Source: Camelus dromedarius
Taxonomy: Eukaryota
DNA: 64,000 nucleotides
Assembly: GCF_036321535.1 (NCBI RefSeq)
Contig: NC_087437.1
Location: forward strand, 45,262,001 to 45,326,000
Reading direction: 5' to 3'
Part shown: positions 1 through 12,254 of the stretch, piece by piece
Numbering within the stretch: the first letter of the stretch is position 1
Layout: each line of letters begins with the position of its first letter
Translations under genes and position numbers: made by a program
The notes under the pieces: generated by a model
Databases searched by the model: none
Told to the model about the DNA's origin: nothing
What the model saw: only the letters and a program-made list of their open reading frames with translations

Positions 1-561
1 CTTATTATATAATGGTAGATATGATAAAGAATACAGATGAATAGCCAGATAAAGAGATACATAGGGCAAGTTCTGGGAGAGTTCTAAGTGCAGTAACTTC
101 TGCCCCAGTGCAGTTAGGTGCATCACCCATGTGGTACATAGATGTGTTCACCAACCTGGAAGCTCTTCAAACCCCATACTATTGGTATTTGTATGAAGGC
201 TTCATCAAGTAGACATGATTGATTATTAACTCCATTTTCAGCTCCTCTGCCCTCTCTAGTGAATGGGGGTTGGGGAGAGGGCTCAAAATTCTAGGCTTTT
301 AATCATGGTGTGGTCTTTCTGGTGACCATCTTCCATCTAGAAGCCCACCCAGAGACACAGTAGAACAAAAGACACTGCTATCACCAAGGAAATTTTAAAG
401 GGACTTAGGAACTCTATGTGAGAAACAGGGGTCAAAGACCAAACATTAGGACAGAAGTGATCCCTAGTCCTGTATCTCTTAGGAAATTACAAGGGTTTTA
501 GAAGCTCTGTGCCAGGAACTGGGGGCAGAGACCAAAATATGTTCTTTTCTATTCTATCACA
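1..561 (-). mobile_element. MER21-family LTR (partial, continues beyond window start)
   Basis: Blocks catagggcaag, atgtgttcaccaacctggaagctc, caagggttttagaagctctgtgccaggaac, ending ...ctatcaca (TG terminus on minus strand). Homologous to 30111-30585 in this window. Confidence 0.8.
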
Positions 562-677
562 CACCCACTAAATAATTTTTACAATTATCTTTATCCTGTT
601 TTTCTTAAAGAGCATTTAATGTGATTTAAAAACAAAAGCCAGAGTTTAATCAAAACCGTGTAACCTAAAGTAGGTTT

Positions 678-2020
678 TCACTTCTGATCTGGTTAACAGG
701 GACTAGATGTATCCTCATGCTATAAACGCTAGAAAATAGGACAAATACATGAAGCAAACGTTTCAGACACTGGACAACATTCAGCACAGGACCATAACCT
801 CTGAGAGTTGGGGAAATATAATGATGGAGCCAATGGTTTCCCAAAGCTTTCCACCTGAAGTAACTGTCAGCAAGGTTGACCAGGCAGGGAATGGAATGCT
901 AAAAGGAGGAAGGGTGTCCCTGAGTTAAGGAGCAAGAGATCAGAATTCAGGAGGCTGGCACTGCATGCAGTTTTAAACTGAAGCAAAGAGAAATTAAAAA
1001 AAAAAAAAACAACTTGAGAAAAAAATAAACTCAATGGAATAGTATCAAGTGGTCAAATATATGAGTATTTACATTTCCTGAAAGAGATGAGAAAAAATAC
1101 TTGGAAAAACAATGACTAAAAATTTTTTTAACGCTGATGAAAATCATGAACTAAGAATCTAATTAGAGCGTAAAATGACAAACAGGATAAACAAAAAGAA
1201 AACCAAATCAAACCAGATTATACTATAATCAAACTGCATAAAAAAAGAGTCACAAAAATACTGTAAAAGCATCCAGACCAAAAAAGCACATTATGCATAT
1301 AAGAACAAAGATAAGAATGATTCCAGGCTTCTCATCAGAAATTTTGCAAGCTGGAAAAAAGTCTATGCCCAGCAAAACTAGCTTTCACAAATGAAGGTGA
1401 ACTAAGACCTTTTCAGACAAACAGAAACAGAGCACTAATCACCGTCAGACCTCTATTACAAGATATGCTAAAACCTCTTCAGGCTGAAGGAAAATGCTAC
1501 CAGATGGCAACTTGGATTTGCACAAAGGAATGAAGACTTCCATACGTGGTAATTATGTGAGGAAATATACAATAGTTTTCTCACCCTTTTAAACATTTCT
1601 TTGAAAAATAACTAAATGTTTAAAACAAAATAATAACAATGTATTATAGAGTTTATAACATTTATAGAAGTGAAATACATAACATGAATAGCACGAAAGA
1701 TAAGAAGCATACCGTTGTTATTATACTGCATAATGTGCAACTGTACATAAAGGAGCATGGAAATTATCTGAATATAAACTTTAATAATTTAAAGTTTTTT
1801 ACACCATAGACTAGCCTTTAAAAGGTAAAACAAGGAAGCATAGCAATTAAGCCAATGATGAAAATAAAATAAAATATTAAAGAATAAGTAAATCAGAAGA
1901 TAGGAAAAAAAAGACAAAAAAGACAAAAAAGAAAGAAAAGAGGGGACAGATGGAAAATAACAAGACTGTAGATTTAAATTCAACCATATGGAAAATTACA
2001 CTAAATTTGAATGACTGAGA
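678..2020 (+). mobile_element. Ancient L1M 5' end, ORF1 remnant and inter-ORF region
   Basis: ~1363-1415 translates as LCPAKLAFTNEGELRPF, resembling the L1 ORF1 C-terminus (LYPAKLSFKNEGEIKTF). A-rich strand bias. Confidence 0.75.
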
Positions 2021-2024
2021 CTTT

Positions 2025-2485
2025 CAGTGAGGAAGCTACTAGCTACTGTGACTATCTAGCACTTGAAATGTAGCCAGTAGGATTGAGGTAGTGAATTTTT
2101 AATTTAATTTAAATTAATTTAAGTTGAAATAGAAAGATTGAAATTTGATTCAGTTACTGCAATAATTTTAAGTTGTTTGGAACCACGTGGGTGAGTTTAT
2201 ATTTTCAACTGTAAATTTTATGAAATCTAAATAAGGATAAAGTATTCTCAGTGAAAACTGCATGTTCAAATTGAAATATTCTGTAAATGTGAAATATGGA
2301 ATTTCAAATTTCATATATTTGGATTTCAAAAATTTGGCATGAAAAAGGAATATAAAATCTTATTAACTGTATATAGATTACCTGCTGAATTGATATTTCA
2401 GATATATTTGGTTAACTATATAATTATGAATTTCACCTGTTCCATTTTATGTTTTTAAATGTGTCTAATATAATTTCAACACATC
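2025..2485. mobile_element. hAT-Charlie DNA transposon remnant (Charlie1/MER33-like) nested in the L1M
   Basis: actagctactgtgactatctagcacttgaaatgtagccagt and aatttcacctgttccattttatgtttttaaatgtg resemble MER3/MER33/Charlie1 ends. L1 sequence resumes on both sides. Confidence 0.7.
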
Positions 2486-2499
2486 CTTTTTAAACATCA

Positions 2500-3715
2500 C
2501 TTGTTAGTCTAAATACTAACAAAAACAGACTGCCAAGCTGTTAATACTAACAAAAAGAGACTGTCAAGCTGTATAATAAAGCAAAACCTATTACATGCTC
2601 TCTGTAAGAAATCCACTTTATATATAAAGATACAAAGAATCCAGAATGTCTCAAATGATACTGAAAAAACAATAATAGTTTTAGATATTTAGAGTAACTA
2701 AATTCAACACTTTCTAGATTTGTGATTAAGAACAGTGTGACAGATAAAATATCAGTGGAAGAGATTGGAGCCTATTAATAGACCCATATATGTATGGTTA
2801 GACTGCTGACAAAAGTTCCAAAGCAACCCAACGGGGAAAAAAAAGTCTTTTTGAAAAAGGTGCCGGAACAATTTGATATCCACATGAGGGAAAAAAGTGA
2901 GTCTGGACCTCATGCATTACACAAAAATTAACTTCACCTGGATAATTGATCTAACCATAAAAATTAAAGCCAGAAAACCTCTAGAAAAAAATGGGGAATG
3001 TATTCATAAACTGAGGATAAGCAAATATTTCTTGGAATGCAAAGCAATAACCATCAAATAAAAATAAATTAGATTCAAAATAAAAATTTCTGCTCATCAG
3101 AAATATCATTAAGAAAAGTAGTGAGAAAGTTAGAGACATAAAAAATTCACACAAAGGGACTTTGATGAATGATGGTTCCATAATTATATACATCTGTGAA
3201 AACTCATCAACATGTACAGCACATGTTCTCATGTACATGCAGCAATCAGGGATCTCCTATGCTACTGACAAGAATCTAAACTGATGCACCCATTTGGCAA
3301 ATGTCTGGTAGTTTCTTATAAAATTAAACACAATTTTACCTAATGACCCAGCAATTTCACTCATTGGTATTTTCCCAAAGAAATTAAATCATTTGAAAAA
3401 AATTACATGTATTCAAGTGTTCAGAAATTCATTCATAGTAGTCCAAATATGAAAATGATCTATGTGCCCATCAATAGGAAAATGGATTAAGAAAAATAAC
3501 ACTGACATATTCATACACACTCATTCATGGAATACTACGCAGCAATAAAGGGAACAGACTCCATCTTACATGGATGCATCTCAGGAACATCATACTGAAC
3601 AAAACAAAACAAATACAAAAAAAATTGTATGATTTCACTTATTTGAAGTTCCAAAATGGGCAAAACTAATACATGCTGGAAAAAAATCAGAACATTTGTT
3701 GCTTCTGCCACTTGG
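2500..3715 (+). mobile_element. Ancient L1M ORF2 fragments and 3' end
   Basis: gacccagcaatttcactc, catggaatactacgcagcaataaag, tgtatgatttcacttatttgaagttccaaaatgggcaaaactaat are typical L1ME/L1MC 3' motifs. Confidence 0.75.
2512..2573. repeat. Tandem duplication, 31-bp unit x2
   Basis: aatactaacaaaaacagactgccaagctgtt / aatactaacaaaaagagactgtcaagctgta. Confidence 0.9.
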
Positions 3716-4559
3716 GACGTTACCATCAAGTTTTTTATTTAGGTAGAAAAAGAGGCAAAAGAGAAGTAGCATGCTTTGTCTCAATATCCAGAAGAAAAAA
3801 ATAAAGCAGTATTAGATAGTTGAGAAAGGCAGTCTCTTTCCTTTTACACAAGCACAAGTAACCCTGCAAACTGATTTCTTTAAACCTAGCAGGCTTGCTT
3901 AGATCCACTGAAATCTTCATTTCTTAGGCCACTGCTTCCTCTGCCTTCAATGTCTGTTTTCCCTTTTCCCCTGCTAAATTACTTGTCTTTTATCTTTTCG
4001 AATTCACATAGGCTGTCATTATTACATCCACGGTCGTCCTAAATCATGTTGTTAATATCTCTGTTGGAGTCATCTAAACATATATGCAATTTTCTGGGCC
4101 CTACATTGCTTGGAAAGTGGTACTTGATTACCATATTCTTTTCTCCATCCTCAGAAGGCCAACACAGATATTTGTTAAACAAATGATTTTATGAATATAT
4201 TTTTGAAGGTCTATTCGAGGTTTTTTGACATAGATTTTTTTTTTGTATTAATGGCCAGATCAAAACTGAATTTTTAATTTTGATACACCATGCTTCATTA
4301 TACAGGAATAAATTTCTATAGTGAAATCCATCCCTAGCCTACTCTTTATAATTAGGCTTCACATATGTGACAAAAAATTGAGAAAACTCAATGTTTAAAA
4401 GATATTTTAAAAGAAATAAAAGTTTTATTTTTAGTATTTTTTTTGGAAAACAAATGATTTTGATCTGAATTTTCTAGTTTTTACTTTAGTTTGCTATTTC
4501 TATTTTTAATATAACAAAATATATTAGAAGACAAGTTTACTACAGAAAATTATTTAATA

Positions 4560-4780
4560 ATGCCACCACAAATAGTTTACTGATGAGGAAACTGAATACA
4601 CAGGTTAACCAGTTCGAGATTACGGAGTTACAGAGTAGCTTCTTCCTTTGAAGGCTTAAAAAACAAGAAATGCAGAGCTGAAAAGATTTTATACTTCACC
4701 TAAGAAAATCTCCCCATTTCAAAGATCAAAAATGGGAGGCACAGAAAAATTGACAACTTAAATTCTGTGGCTAGTGAGTG
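4560..4780 (-). mobile_element. MIR fragments
   Basis: tttactgatgaggaaactgaa and ccccatttcaaagatcaaaaatgggaggcacaga resemble the reversed MIR core. Confidence 0.5.
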
Positions 4781-5199
4781 GAGGGGCCATCTCTGAAATT
4801 AGCTCATTTGCAACTGACGTCAATTCCATTTCTTTAGCAAGGAAAAAAATAAAAAAACCTCAACAAGGAAATCTTTCCTATTTCATTCAAAATAGTGGTG
4901 AAAGCGTACGATGTGTTTCCCTAAGGCTAAGGCTGCCAAGCCTGGATGCACACCAGTCACTAGTAGGGGTATAATGAAGTATCAGTGCGGAGCCCCAGTT
5001 CCCAGAGAGTCTTTATCAATTGGCCTCTGAAGGCACCCATCCATGTGTTAATATTACAATGTGCACTTGGCGTTGAGAGATAAGGCAATATTCAATTTTC
5101 TTTTTTCAAGTCATAAATATTTTCTCAACCTGTTACTACTTTATGCTTCTGAATATCCATTTTTTAGTTGGCAATTAGACACTCTAATGAGTTGTTAAT

Positions 5200-5308
5200 A
5201 AAAAACGTATGAAAACAAATATACATATGTATATGTATGACTGGGACATTATGCTATCCATGCCAGAAATTGACACATTGTAACTGACTATACTGTGATT
5301 TTTAAAAA
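5200..5308 (+). mobile_element. Short lineage-specific L1 3' terminal fragment
   Basis: aaaacgtatgaaaacaaatatacatatgtatatgtatgactgggacattatgct...gaaattgacacattgtaactgactatact parallels the L1 end at 29965-30097. Confidence 0.75.
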
Positions 5309-6807
5309 GCATATTAGATTTTAATATTTCAGAATTTATATATTAAAATTATCACAATGTTTCAATTACTGTAGTCTAGGGACTGGATATGGCTAACATC
5401 TACCTAAAAATTTTACTGTGATTATATTATTTTTCTGTGAGTATTCATAGTAGCATGTATTCCTAGAAACATGAACCACTACTATAGAGCCTCATCTATA
5501 TTATATTCCACATTGTTATAACCAAGGTTATGGTGTGGTGAATTACAGCTAACATTTATATTTATATACATATATACACACACACACATACATAAATCAT
5601 TTAACTCAGCAAGCCACGACAACTTATTTTCAAGTATAAGTTCAAATATCGTTCAAATTTTAAAAACATCAATATTTAAACTAAATGCCCTATTTCCAAA
5701 ATGCTATTAAATACAATATTTTAAATATATTTTAACATAATTTTCATTCTATCTTTTATTAAGCTGATGGCAAAATTAAAACATAACATGAGTATTTCTG
5801 TTTCCAGTAGTGATCTGCAGTGTCCTGCTATATTTAAATTATAGCAGTAAGTTGTTCATATAATCAGCCTGTGTTGGGCTAAAACTATGAACTGTAATTG
5901 AATGATCCAATAAAATCACAAACGGAGGTAAATTCAAGCTCTAAAACTTTAATTTATTGGCACATATATGTTTTCTTAACAGAATATTTACTCCAATTGT
6001 CTAGTTATAACAGTTCTACCTCATGGAAATACTATTGGTGTACACTGACCTCTAAGATAAACTCAGGGCTCCTTCCTTGTTCCAACTTTAAAGACAAGAT
6101 GCTCTGTCAATGGGAAGATGGGATTTCTCAAGGCTACAGGGATGACTAGCATTAAAGAAATTAAACTTTCCAGTGGGATGAGGAAAAGTAACAAGTTATC
6201 TTGGAAATAGTATCATGATGACCATTTCCTTCTGGGCTCACATTTAAAGTCTGATTAGTATGTAAAAGTTCTTGAAGGGTTCAATGTCCTTTCTTATTGT
6301 CCTAGCTGCACTTATGGGAATGGTGGCAATGTTTGTTACAGTGGCCTCATATACGCAGGCCTTGAGACAGAAAAAAACACATTTGCTTGACCACTGGTTC
6401 AACTTCTAAATATTGCACTTTCTAAAATGTTTTGTTGATAAATGGCCATCTGGCTTTTCTCATTGTTTTCAGACAAGAAGAAATAGCAAGATATAAAGAT
6501 AAATGCTAAAAAGCAGCCAATCTTTCCTCCTCAAAAGAGATTTAATCTCATGTAGGTTCACTGATTGTAACAAGTGTTCCCATTCAGTGTGGAATATTGA
6601 TAGTAGGGGACGTTGTGCACTTTGGGGGACAGGAAATACATGGGCACTCAAATTTCCACTCAATCTTGCTGTAAACCTAACAGTTTATTCCCAGACTGAA
6701 GAAGAAGAAACAAGACTGAGCCATGTTTACAGCCAGCGTTTTATCCAGGAAGTATGAATAGCCCTTTATTTGACAATTAGTTAGTTGGTGAGAAACAAAA
6801 CTAGAAT

Positions 6808-6966
6808 AGTGATTCTCAGTTTTCACTCTGCTTCTGATCACCTGGGAAAGTTCTGAAAAAACATTTGCTAGAATCCCAAACAAATGATTCAGAGGCAGCT
6901 GTTCTGGGATATGGGGAAGGCACTGGTATTTTTTTTAAAGCTCTCTAGGTCGTTCTATATAAAGCC
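6808..6966. mobile_element. MER5A-like hAT MITE
   Basis: agtgattctca...atcacctggg...ggtattttttttaaagctctctaggtcgttcta. Confidence 0.65.
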
Positions 6967-9588
6967 ATTCTGTCATCATTTTAGCTGTAAGGGCTAGAAG
7001 AACTCACTCACACTCAATTTTGTATCAGAAGGAATATTCCTGATGGCCTATAAATTATCATGGTCTATTCTCCACACTGAAGTCCATTAGTGAAGAACCC
7101 TCCTAATGGAAAAATAAATACTCTGAAAGGAGTTCTCATGGAATTGAATTACAAGTAGTTCAAGAGAAAAAAAGAAAGAAAAACAAATGTTGTAAGATGA
7201 ACATTCAAAAGTAAATTATTGCCAAAAACGATTAAATTTCTCAGCCTCTATAATGAATAATTTTTTTAGAGAAGTCTATGAAGACATTATGTAGGAGCTT
7301 AGTGAAGACACGCCAAGATCATAGAAACAAAAAAATAATAACCATCACCCTTAATAGCACAATTGTGTCACCAAAATCCTTTCCTCTGATTCCAAACTTC
7401 CTCAATATCCAACTCCTTTCCAATTTCAAGACAATTCCTACTTGGTTTGTGTCCAGATCTACATGTCTAGTAAGCTAGTGGTGAATGTTGTGATTTAAAT
7501 CTGGGGAAGCCATTCTCAGATTTGTTATTCAATAATACTGTTTTGAACAGTTTGAGTTTTCTCAAGTGAGAACAATTCCAAATTAATGATCCTTTCTTCC
7601 TTAAATTGAAAACAACTTTAAATGATATTACAATGCTCACACAACACTGTAACAGCAAAAGCCACTCACCAACTCAACTCAAATCACATAGAAAAATTCA
7701 TTTTTAACTGAAACCAACTTGAATATTTTGAAGAGATTCTACATTTATCAAGCCAATAATAATCACTTTGAGGAAGTGTTCAATTTCCAATTTCTTGTAG
7801 GGCATGGTGTTGACATTTCTGAGTGAAAATGAGTATCTGGAAGACTGCTGTTCTCTATTAATTGAAAAATAGACAAACCCACAGAGGAAAGGCAGAGATA
7901 ATTAAACATCCTCTCACCTTAACCCACTAACACTCCTCAACTCATACCATTCAGATTCCTTCTAGAAGCAATGAGGAATTCAATTTTCTATGGTTATTTT
8001 TCATGTCTCAAGGCAAAATCCTCTGGTCACAGCTATTGTCTGGACATTTCCAGTTCTTCTGTTCTTATATGTGTATGCCTGGTCCCTCTTTTTATCCATT
8101 TTCTTAGCTAAATTTTAAGCAAATTAATTCAAATGCAATATATAAATAGGACTATTTGGAATATACATTGTATACTCATATCCATAACATAAGACGAATA
8201 AAACTTCCCTTTCTTGATTCAACCTTAATTATGGTAGTGATACGAATGCGCCTACCAGTCCCATGAAGACATTTCTTTTTTGTTGAAGGAATCTCTTCCC
8301 TTTGTGTTCAACATACATGGATTGAGTAAAATAAATCATTTTAGTTTGCTCAAAATTATGGATAGTTTTTTCAATAAAGTCTGACAATGACAGACAGATT
8401 TCTTCTTTATGAAGAGGTGATATAAAAAGAGTGACATTTTGATAGACACCATGATAAATAAATCCTGAAGGTGATGACATGGTAGCCACACAATGCTAGG
8501 ATACTCTTTTCCTCTTGCTTCTTTCTCTTTTCAAAGATTTCATAAACTGAAGTAAACTATTATTGGACAAAATTTGGTTTTATCTAAAATAACCTCTTAT
8601 TTGAACATCTGTATTATCAACTGTAAAATGCTAATAATTCTGTCACTTGATGGTAGACAGAAAACCTATTAATCTTCATTATTATGAAGGTCACATATTT
8701 TGATGATTATTCAATTATTAACACCTGACATTTTTATCACACTTTACAGTATTTAGATGCTTCTATGTATTAAATTCCAATTTCTCTTAAGATGCCTCAT
8801 CCTCCCTTCCTGGGTTCTCTTATTTCTCTCTCCACTGCTGCTGTTTGGGGTTTAGTCCCAGAGGTAAACTGTTATCCCTTTATTTACCAATTTAGCCACA
8901 GAGCAAAAAAAGCAGAAAGAAAACACTCTTTCCCTGTAGTACTAACTGAACCATGACAGGCTGAAAAATTGCAAATAATTTTACTTTTAAAAAATGGAGA
9001 AAGTATTTTAGGAAACTGTGATTCCATCAAAGCACATGCAATTCATTTCCAGGTGCTTAGTTCCACACCTTTTATTCCCAATCACTATTAATAGAGGCTG
9101 GGGAAGAAAAACCCAGTAATGTTATTAAATGAGGCAGATGGTCGCCATCGACTGTGCTTGTTAGGTTTAACAAATTCCTCTCCTTTCTCTAGGCATAGAT
9201 TTGCCCAGCTAATGCAACGCCCAAACCCTAACTTTTAAAAAAGGTGTGTAAAAGCAGAAAATTAAATCTCAAACTAAAATTTCAAAATTAATGTTGAGCA
9301 GTTAATTCTTAATAATGGATGTGAATTGAATTCATTTTTGAGGAAGGCAAGTGCTTTTTCATGGAAAACTATGTACTCATTACCCCAGAGGCAAAAATAG
9401 AAAGCAACCCAAAAGGCAAAGTTGTGAACTGAGAAAAAGCCCTTTTGTACAGATTTAGGTATACATTTCAAGAAAGCTAAGAACAAAGAGCTTTTGTTGC
9501 TTCTTTGGAAAAGATAATTCTTAACCCCATATAAATATGGAGACAGGAGTGCCACAGATTGTAGCATGTGTTTCTGCAGAGGTTTCTG

Positions 9589-10018
9589 TGTTAGCCATGG
9601 ATTGGATTGCCAGAAAACAGACCCTGACATGAGGTTCGTGTTTAGGATGTTTACCATGGAGTGCCTTTGGGATCCACGCCTGCAGAGGAGGAGAAGAAAG
9701 AAGAACGCAAAGAGCAAGACCAAGAAACCAAGTTGGGACAACAGCCTCCGTTTAACCCATGGTGAGGTCTTGAGCTCTTTCGAGTTGTCCCAAGTTGGGC
9801 TGTGACAGCAAAGTTTTACACTCCTAATTCATTCAGTCACTGGATGTGGGACGTCTCGTGAAGGAAAGTGACTTCAGGCAAGGTGACTCTCTTCAGCTAA
9901 GGCTAATCCCTGTAGGAGCTGTTCGCTGAAGGCTGGCTACCAACAGTAATCTCAGCAGCTGGGGCAAAAAGTGCACCACCGAAGGGATATCCAGGTGGCA
10001 CAGCAGAGTCCCACCGCA
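9589..10018 (-). mobile_element. ERVL LTR16-family LTR (3' LTR)
   Basis: TG...CA bounded. cagaccctgacatgagg...gatgttta, cagtcactggatgtggg and cagcagctgggg match recalled LTR16A/C. Confidence 0.75.
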
Positions 10019-10345
10019 TTTCACCTCTTGCTAATGCAGGTTCACCTCTGCATGTACATCCTGGGGGAACTATTTTCCCAAGGAAACTTAGAAGAAGGTC
10101 AGCGAAACAAAGGCAGCCTCTGCCACTGCCAGTAGACGCTCATGTCTCCCCTCTCCACTGCCGGTTCTAAGGTCCCCTTAATATCACCTAGTACCTCTAC
10201 TAGTCTTGGAGGCTTACCTGCTGGCATGAGCCTGTAGCTCTGACCTCCTGGTCACCATGGTCTTTTCAGATTAGCGTTGCTGGCACATGTTCATTTACCA
10301 TTTAAATTGAGCAAGGGAGTCCCAAAAGACATTTCACCTCCTGCT
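10019..10345 (-). mobile_element. ERVL internal fragment (ERV3-16A3_I-like) with polypurine-tract remnant
   Basis: Directly abuts the LTR. Minus strand reads caagaggtgaaa immediately before the LTR TG. Confidence 0.55.
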
Positions 10346-10371
10346 AACTCAGACTCACTATAATGATTAAC

Positions 10372-10505
10372 TTTGGGGGAGATGGGGGGGAGGTAGTCAG
10401 GTTTATTTATTATTTATTGTTTTTACCAGAGGTACTGGGGACTGAATCCAGGACCTTGTGCATGCTAAGCAAGTGCTCTACCACTGAGCTATACCCTACC
10501 TCCCC
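10372..10505 (-). mobile_element. tRNA-Ala(AGC)-derived SINE (camelid vic-1 type)
   Basis: Minus strand ggggaggtagggtatagctcagtggtagagcacttgcttagcatgcacaaggtcctggattcagtccccagtacctc, then an AT-rich tail and C-run. A box intact, B box mutated. Confidence 0.9.
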
Positions 10506-10529
10506 ATATTGACTATAATGAGACGGATG

Positions 10530-10780
10530 AGTTAACTGCCACAGCTTCAGCCATCACTTTTGCATTCAAAGCTGGAAGAGGATAGGCCTTCTAAGTAGTA
10601 CCTTTAGAAAACTGAGATAGTTTGGGGACTTTCAGAGGATGCAAAAGCTTTGCCAGAACTTACACTCTCCAACAGAGTTTCATTGGCAAAAATTAGGTCA
10701 TATTGCTAGCCCTGACTGCAAGGAAGTCTGGAAAACTGGGGAACCTGAATGTCATGATTCGCACAGCCCAATCAGGAGAA
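10530..10780 (-). mobile_element. Old MaLR LTR fragment (MLT1J/K-like)
   Basis: tcattggcaaaaattaggtcatattgctagccctgactgcaaggaagtctggaaaa. Confidence 0.6.
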
Positions 10781-11079
10781 AGCAGTGCCTAACGTGGAAA
10801 TCTGCTAAGGAGCATGCAATACAATATGTCTATCATATAGCAGCATACACTTGTACACACATTATATGTATATACTTATCTTAAGGTAAGATGTCTTTAA
10901 ATAAATTGACATCTGCATGATGTTTTTTAAAAAGTTGATTACTCTGATAACAAACATACTTCTTCTTGCCCTCATGATGGAGCAACAGCCATGGACCTCA
11001 TTCTATTTCTACTAACTGGTTCAATATGGATACTCATTATATTAAAAATAAAACCAATGTTACCTAAGCACATACACTT

Positions 11080-11275
11080 GAATTAGACTATATTAAGTAG
11101 AAATTCTGTTCTCATTATTGCTATCTAGTACTCTGGGCAAGTTTCTTAAACTCTCACGTCTTAGTATCATCTCTGTAAAGTAACACTAATAATATCTACC
11201 CTGCTGTTTTGTGGAAGGAATAGGGATAATCTAAAAAGACTTGCAAAATACCTTGACACAAGAAATGGCAACTAG
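11080..11275 (+). mobile_element. MIR
   Basis: ctgggcaagtttcttaaactctc...catctctgtaaagtaacactaataatatctacc. Confidence 0.7.
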
Positions 11276-11791
11276 TCTTACAAAGGTTAATTTTTCTATA
11301 GTGCTTTCCTTTGCATGCCTGATAGATAAGAAAAATGGGAATGGGGATTGTTAGAGTTAAAAATGACAGTCACATTTGCAATTTACATAAAGAAACACCG
11401 AGCTATGCAGTGATGTAATTTAAACAGCTCAGACAGAACCCTTCGATTATTGCTGTTTACCCATTTGTTCTGCTTGCCAGTTCCTGTCTGCCCACAGGAT
11501 AGTTATCTAAGGGCTGGCATTTAGTTATATTGCAAAAGGACTGGAATGGAAACATTTGGTGAGTAGCTTAGAAGATGTGTTTCCCCTTGAGATTTACCCT
11601 AATTGCTAATGAGTGGAATTAATTTCTATGATCCATGGTTCATCTCACTTTCATAAAAACCAATACAAATAATTTTTCAACATATTAAAGTTTTATATTT
11701 ACTATAAACACTTAGCTGATAAGTTATAGATAGGCAAGTAGGTATATCTGGAGAGAGATTTATATATACATTTTTCAACCATTATACATGG

Positions 11792-12254
11792 TGTGCTAGA
11801 TTTCTGTAATGGCCCCAATTCTTTATTTCTTCCTCTATGGACTCCATTTGTCAAGTAACTCTGCTGTGGCTTTCACTGTAAGTGGGGCTTTTTCTCCACC
11901 CCGGACTCTTGGATTGGCCATACAGCTTGCTTTGTCAATGGGATTTCAGCAGCCATGATCCAAGAAGAGACTTGTAAAATGCCTCCATTTCTTGCACTTC
12001 TGCTGTTATCAGGAGAGGAGTGCCCCCCAGTTAATGCCTGGTCTGGTGAGAAGGGTAAGAGACACAAGGCTAAGCCAAACCTAGCCATGCTGGTCTAAAT
12101 CTGCTGACCTTTAGAACTGAGCTGGAATCACACAGTTACCAAATGAAAGGCAGCCTGGTTCAGCTGGTCCTCAGTTGATCTGATTGCTTGTGAAAAATAA
12201 TCAGTGTTTGCTGTCTTAAGCCACTGAATTTTGGGTGGTTTGTTAAATAGCAAA
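11792..12254 (+). mobile_element. MaLR LTR (MLT1H/G-like)
   Basis: Starts tgtgctag...aatggccccaatt, ends ttaagccactgaattttgggtggtttgttaaatagca. Confidence 0.8.

Noticed and set aside
9274..9741. Longest ORF (155 aa) with a signal-peptide-like start
   Set aside because: Its N-terminus is the reverse complement of a purine run inside LTR16, and it has no recognisable domain.
10428..10500. Functional tRNA-Ala(AGC) gene (also 35077-35147)
   Set aside because: Mutated A or B boxes, broken stems, SINE-type tails and a TSD on one copy show these are SINEs.
10357..10521. actataatga direct repeat as the SINE TSD
   Set aside because: It is present at 10357-10366 and 10512-10521, but each copy is offset 5-6 nt from the element ends, so the assignment is uncertain.
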